A DNA stretch of 64,000 nt from Wickerhamiella versatilis (taxonomy: Eukaryota): positions 620,001 to 684,000 of the forward strand of contig JAQOWU010000003.1 of NCBI GenBank assembly GCA_030867685.1. Reading direction: 5' to 3'. The notes below the pieces were generated by a model. That model worked only from the letters and a program-made list of their open reading frames with translations, did no database searches and was not told the DNA's origin. The position numbers and the translations under genes are program-made. This document shows, piece by piece, positions 62,218 through 64,000 of the stretch; within the stretch, counting starts at the first letter, position 1; each line of letters starts with the position of its first letter.

Positions 62218-62300
62218 TGCCTATATGTACAAACCTTAGCATTTTTCTCACATCGTCGTATTGAAGATTCTATTTTATTGGAACAAAAATGCCTATGACG

Positions 62301-63308
62301 TTATAAAAGGTTTAAAATGAGAAGTGCGAGCAAAAGAAAGACGTTATAGTTATTCTGAGGTCCTTTATTAGACAATAAAGGGGCTTCACCGCCAAGGGAA
62401 GTTGATAAAGAGGCTTGAGGATCTGGATAAGTACCATTCCCTTCGAAAAGGCTTGGAGTGGCAGATAGAGCTCCAGATCCATAATCTGCTTGTGAATGAT
62501 TGGTGTTCAAGCTCTTAGAGCTACTAAATGTATTCGTAGTGTATGCGTCCTCTGCACTTTCACTGGGACTGGCAAGGCTTGTCTTCTCCGTTGTGGTTAT
62601 GGTGGTGTCCGGTAAAGGGTATTCTGAAGATATGCTCGTGGCAGAAATAGCCTGAAGAACACTAGGATAAGTTGGTTGTGTGCTTGGAAAGGAAGTAATG
62701 GATTCTAATGGCGAATCGGAAGTACTTCCTTCGTCAAATGCGGACTCACCTCCACTCAGATAGGGCACTGTGGTGGCGGTTTCAATAGCCTCACCACTAT
62801 CAGTCAAATCACTATATGATGGGGAACTCTTTGCTGTGTTCGACGAGGATAAAGGGACCTGTGATTGCACCTCCGGTGATAAGGATGCTTGGCCTGTATA
62901 AGTTGGTGCTGACGACCTGTCAGAGAAAGAGAAAGTAGAAATTAGAGAAGCAGATGTTGTAGAGGTCAAAGATGAATCGGAAGTTTGAAATGCTAGAGGC
63001 TGAGATGAGGATGGGTATGTTGGAAGTACACCACCACGGGGGTCACTTGCTAGTGATAAAGTACGGCTCTCAGAGACTGATGAGACAGGAAGCGTAGAAT
63101 CACTTAACGCTGTAGTAGCTGTGGCAGTAGCTGTGTTTTCATCTATGCCTTGAGCGGTAAGAAGTGATGCTGCTGCTGGGTTGATCGATGAAGCTGCTGC
63201 TAAAACTGACGGTAAAAGTCCTGCATCGGTGGCTGTTTCGTAAATTTCGAGGATACTCGAGAATGCTTGGTTCCCAAGAAGCTCACCAAGGACATCAGAT
63301 TCCACCAT
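62301..63308 (-). CDS. Ser/Thr-rich probable GPI-anchored cell-wall protein with a disrupted or unresolved 5' end
   Basis: S/T-rich body and hydrophobic C-terminus (SNKG..VFLLLALLILNLL). A signal peptide appears only upstream, across an in-frame TAA. Confidence 0.7.
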   Translation of the reverse strand: MVESDVLGELLGNQAFSSILEIYETATDAGLLPSVLAAASSINPAAASLLTAQGIDENTATATATTALSDSTLPVSSVSESRTLSLASDPRGGVLPTYPSSSQPLAFQTSDSSLTSTTSASLISTFSFSDRSSAPTYTGQASLSPEVQSQVPLSSSNTAKSSPSYSDLTDSGEAIETATTVPYLSGGESAFDEGSTSDSPLESITSFPSTQPTYPSVLQAISATSISSEYPLPDTTITTTEKTSLASPSESAEDAYTTNTFSSSKSLNTNHSQADYGSGALSATPSLFEGNGTYPDPQASLSTSLGGEAPLLSNKGPQNNYNVFLLLALLILNLL

Positions 63309-63885
63309 TGCAATAGCCTGAAGTGTTTAGTAGGGTAGTAGTATGATAATAATGTAAAAAATGTGGGTCATGTATATAAGTGAGATAAAGTTTGGTGATG
63401 CTTCTTAGTCTGAATAATTTTATAAGCTTTGACGTCACTGCATATATAGCGAGAAGGATTGTGGATTGTTGTGCACCATTCTGGTCCGCTTGCACATTAC
63501 ATACTTCACATCACAACTTGAGATGCGTTGGCATAGACAAATCTTCAATTGGAAAACCGAAGAATCTGAACAGACAAAGCTCGATGAAAGCAATAATATT
63601 ACAAAAATACAGTACATGTTCCACCTAATAAAAGAATTGCGCACATTATGCATTGCAATGTTTTCTAAGTCTGTATTATAATGATTTAAAGAGAATAATA
63701 AAGTGTTCCACTTCTGACATACATTTGATACTTGAAACGCACATACGCTTGTGATCACGAATTTCTGGAAAAGAATAAAATCTATTTTTTTTTCGTTTTA
63801 TAGTTGGATTACTCCTGGCCATTTCCAAAAAAATGTCAAATGACCCGGATTGGTAATCACACTCACCCAAAATTTAGTACTGCAC

Positions 63886-64000
63886 ATGGATAAAGCTGAG
63901 GATGAGATTGATCGAGCTCTCGCAAATTCATCGGATACTAGCTCTTCCTGGGAATCTTCTTCTGAAGAATCAGATTACATAGTAGAAGACTCTCGCATCA
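63886..64000 (+). CDS. 5' end of an unidentified gene running off the window
   Basis: MDKAEDEIDRALANSSDTSSSWESSSEESDYIVEDSRI, open to the window edge. Confidence 0.55.
   Translation, partial: MDKAEDEIDRALANSSDTSSSWESSSEESDYIVEDSRI

Overview
This is a gene-dense, almost intron-free window from a budding yeast (Saccharomycotina). Very short intergenic spacers, shortened orthologues and a nitrite reductase suggest the Dipodascomycetes, possibly the Wickerhamiella/Starmerella clade; this is an inference. CTG reads as Leu at a conserved position, so the standard code applies. The window holds about 53 protein-coding genes, mostly conserved housekeeping orthologues identified by recalled motifs, without any database search. 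I see no transposon, tRNA, rRNA or CRISPR-like element. The most notable observations are: (1) an 89-aa prepro-peptide with alpha-pheromone architecture, predicting one unusually long 19-aa mature peptide; (2) a stand-alone protein resembling the TMD0 domain of Ycf1/MRP-type ABCC transporters, divergent to an orphan C2H2 factor; (3) TOM6, missing from the ORF track, preceded by a spliced 36-codon hydrophobic micro-ORF, possibly bicistronic; (4) a nitrite reductase whose likely C-terminus lies in the +1 frame; (5) a GPI-type cell-wall gene with an in-frame stop in its signal peptide; (6) DBP2 without its conserved intron; (7) divergent gene pairs with almost no promoter space.
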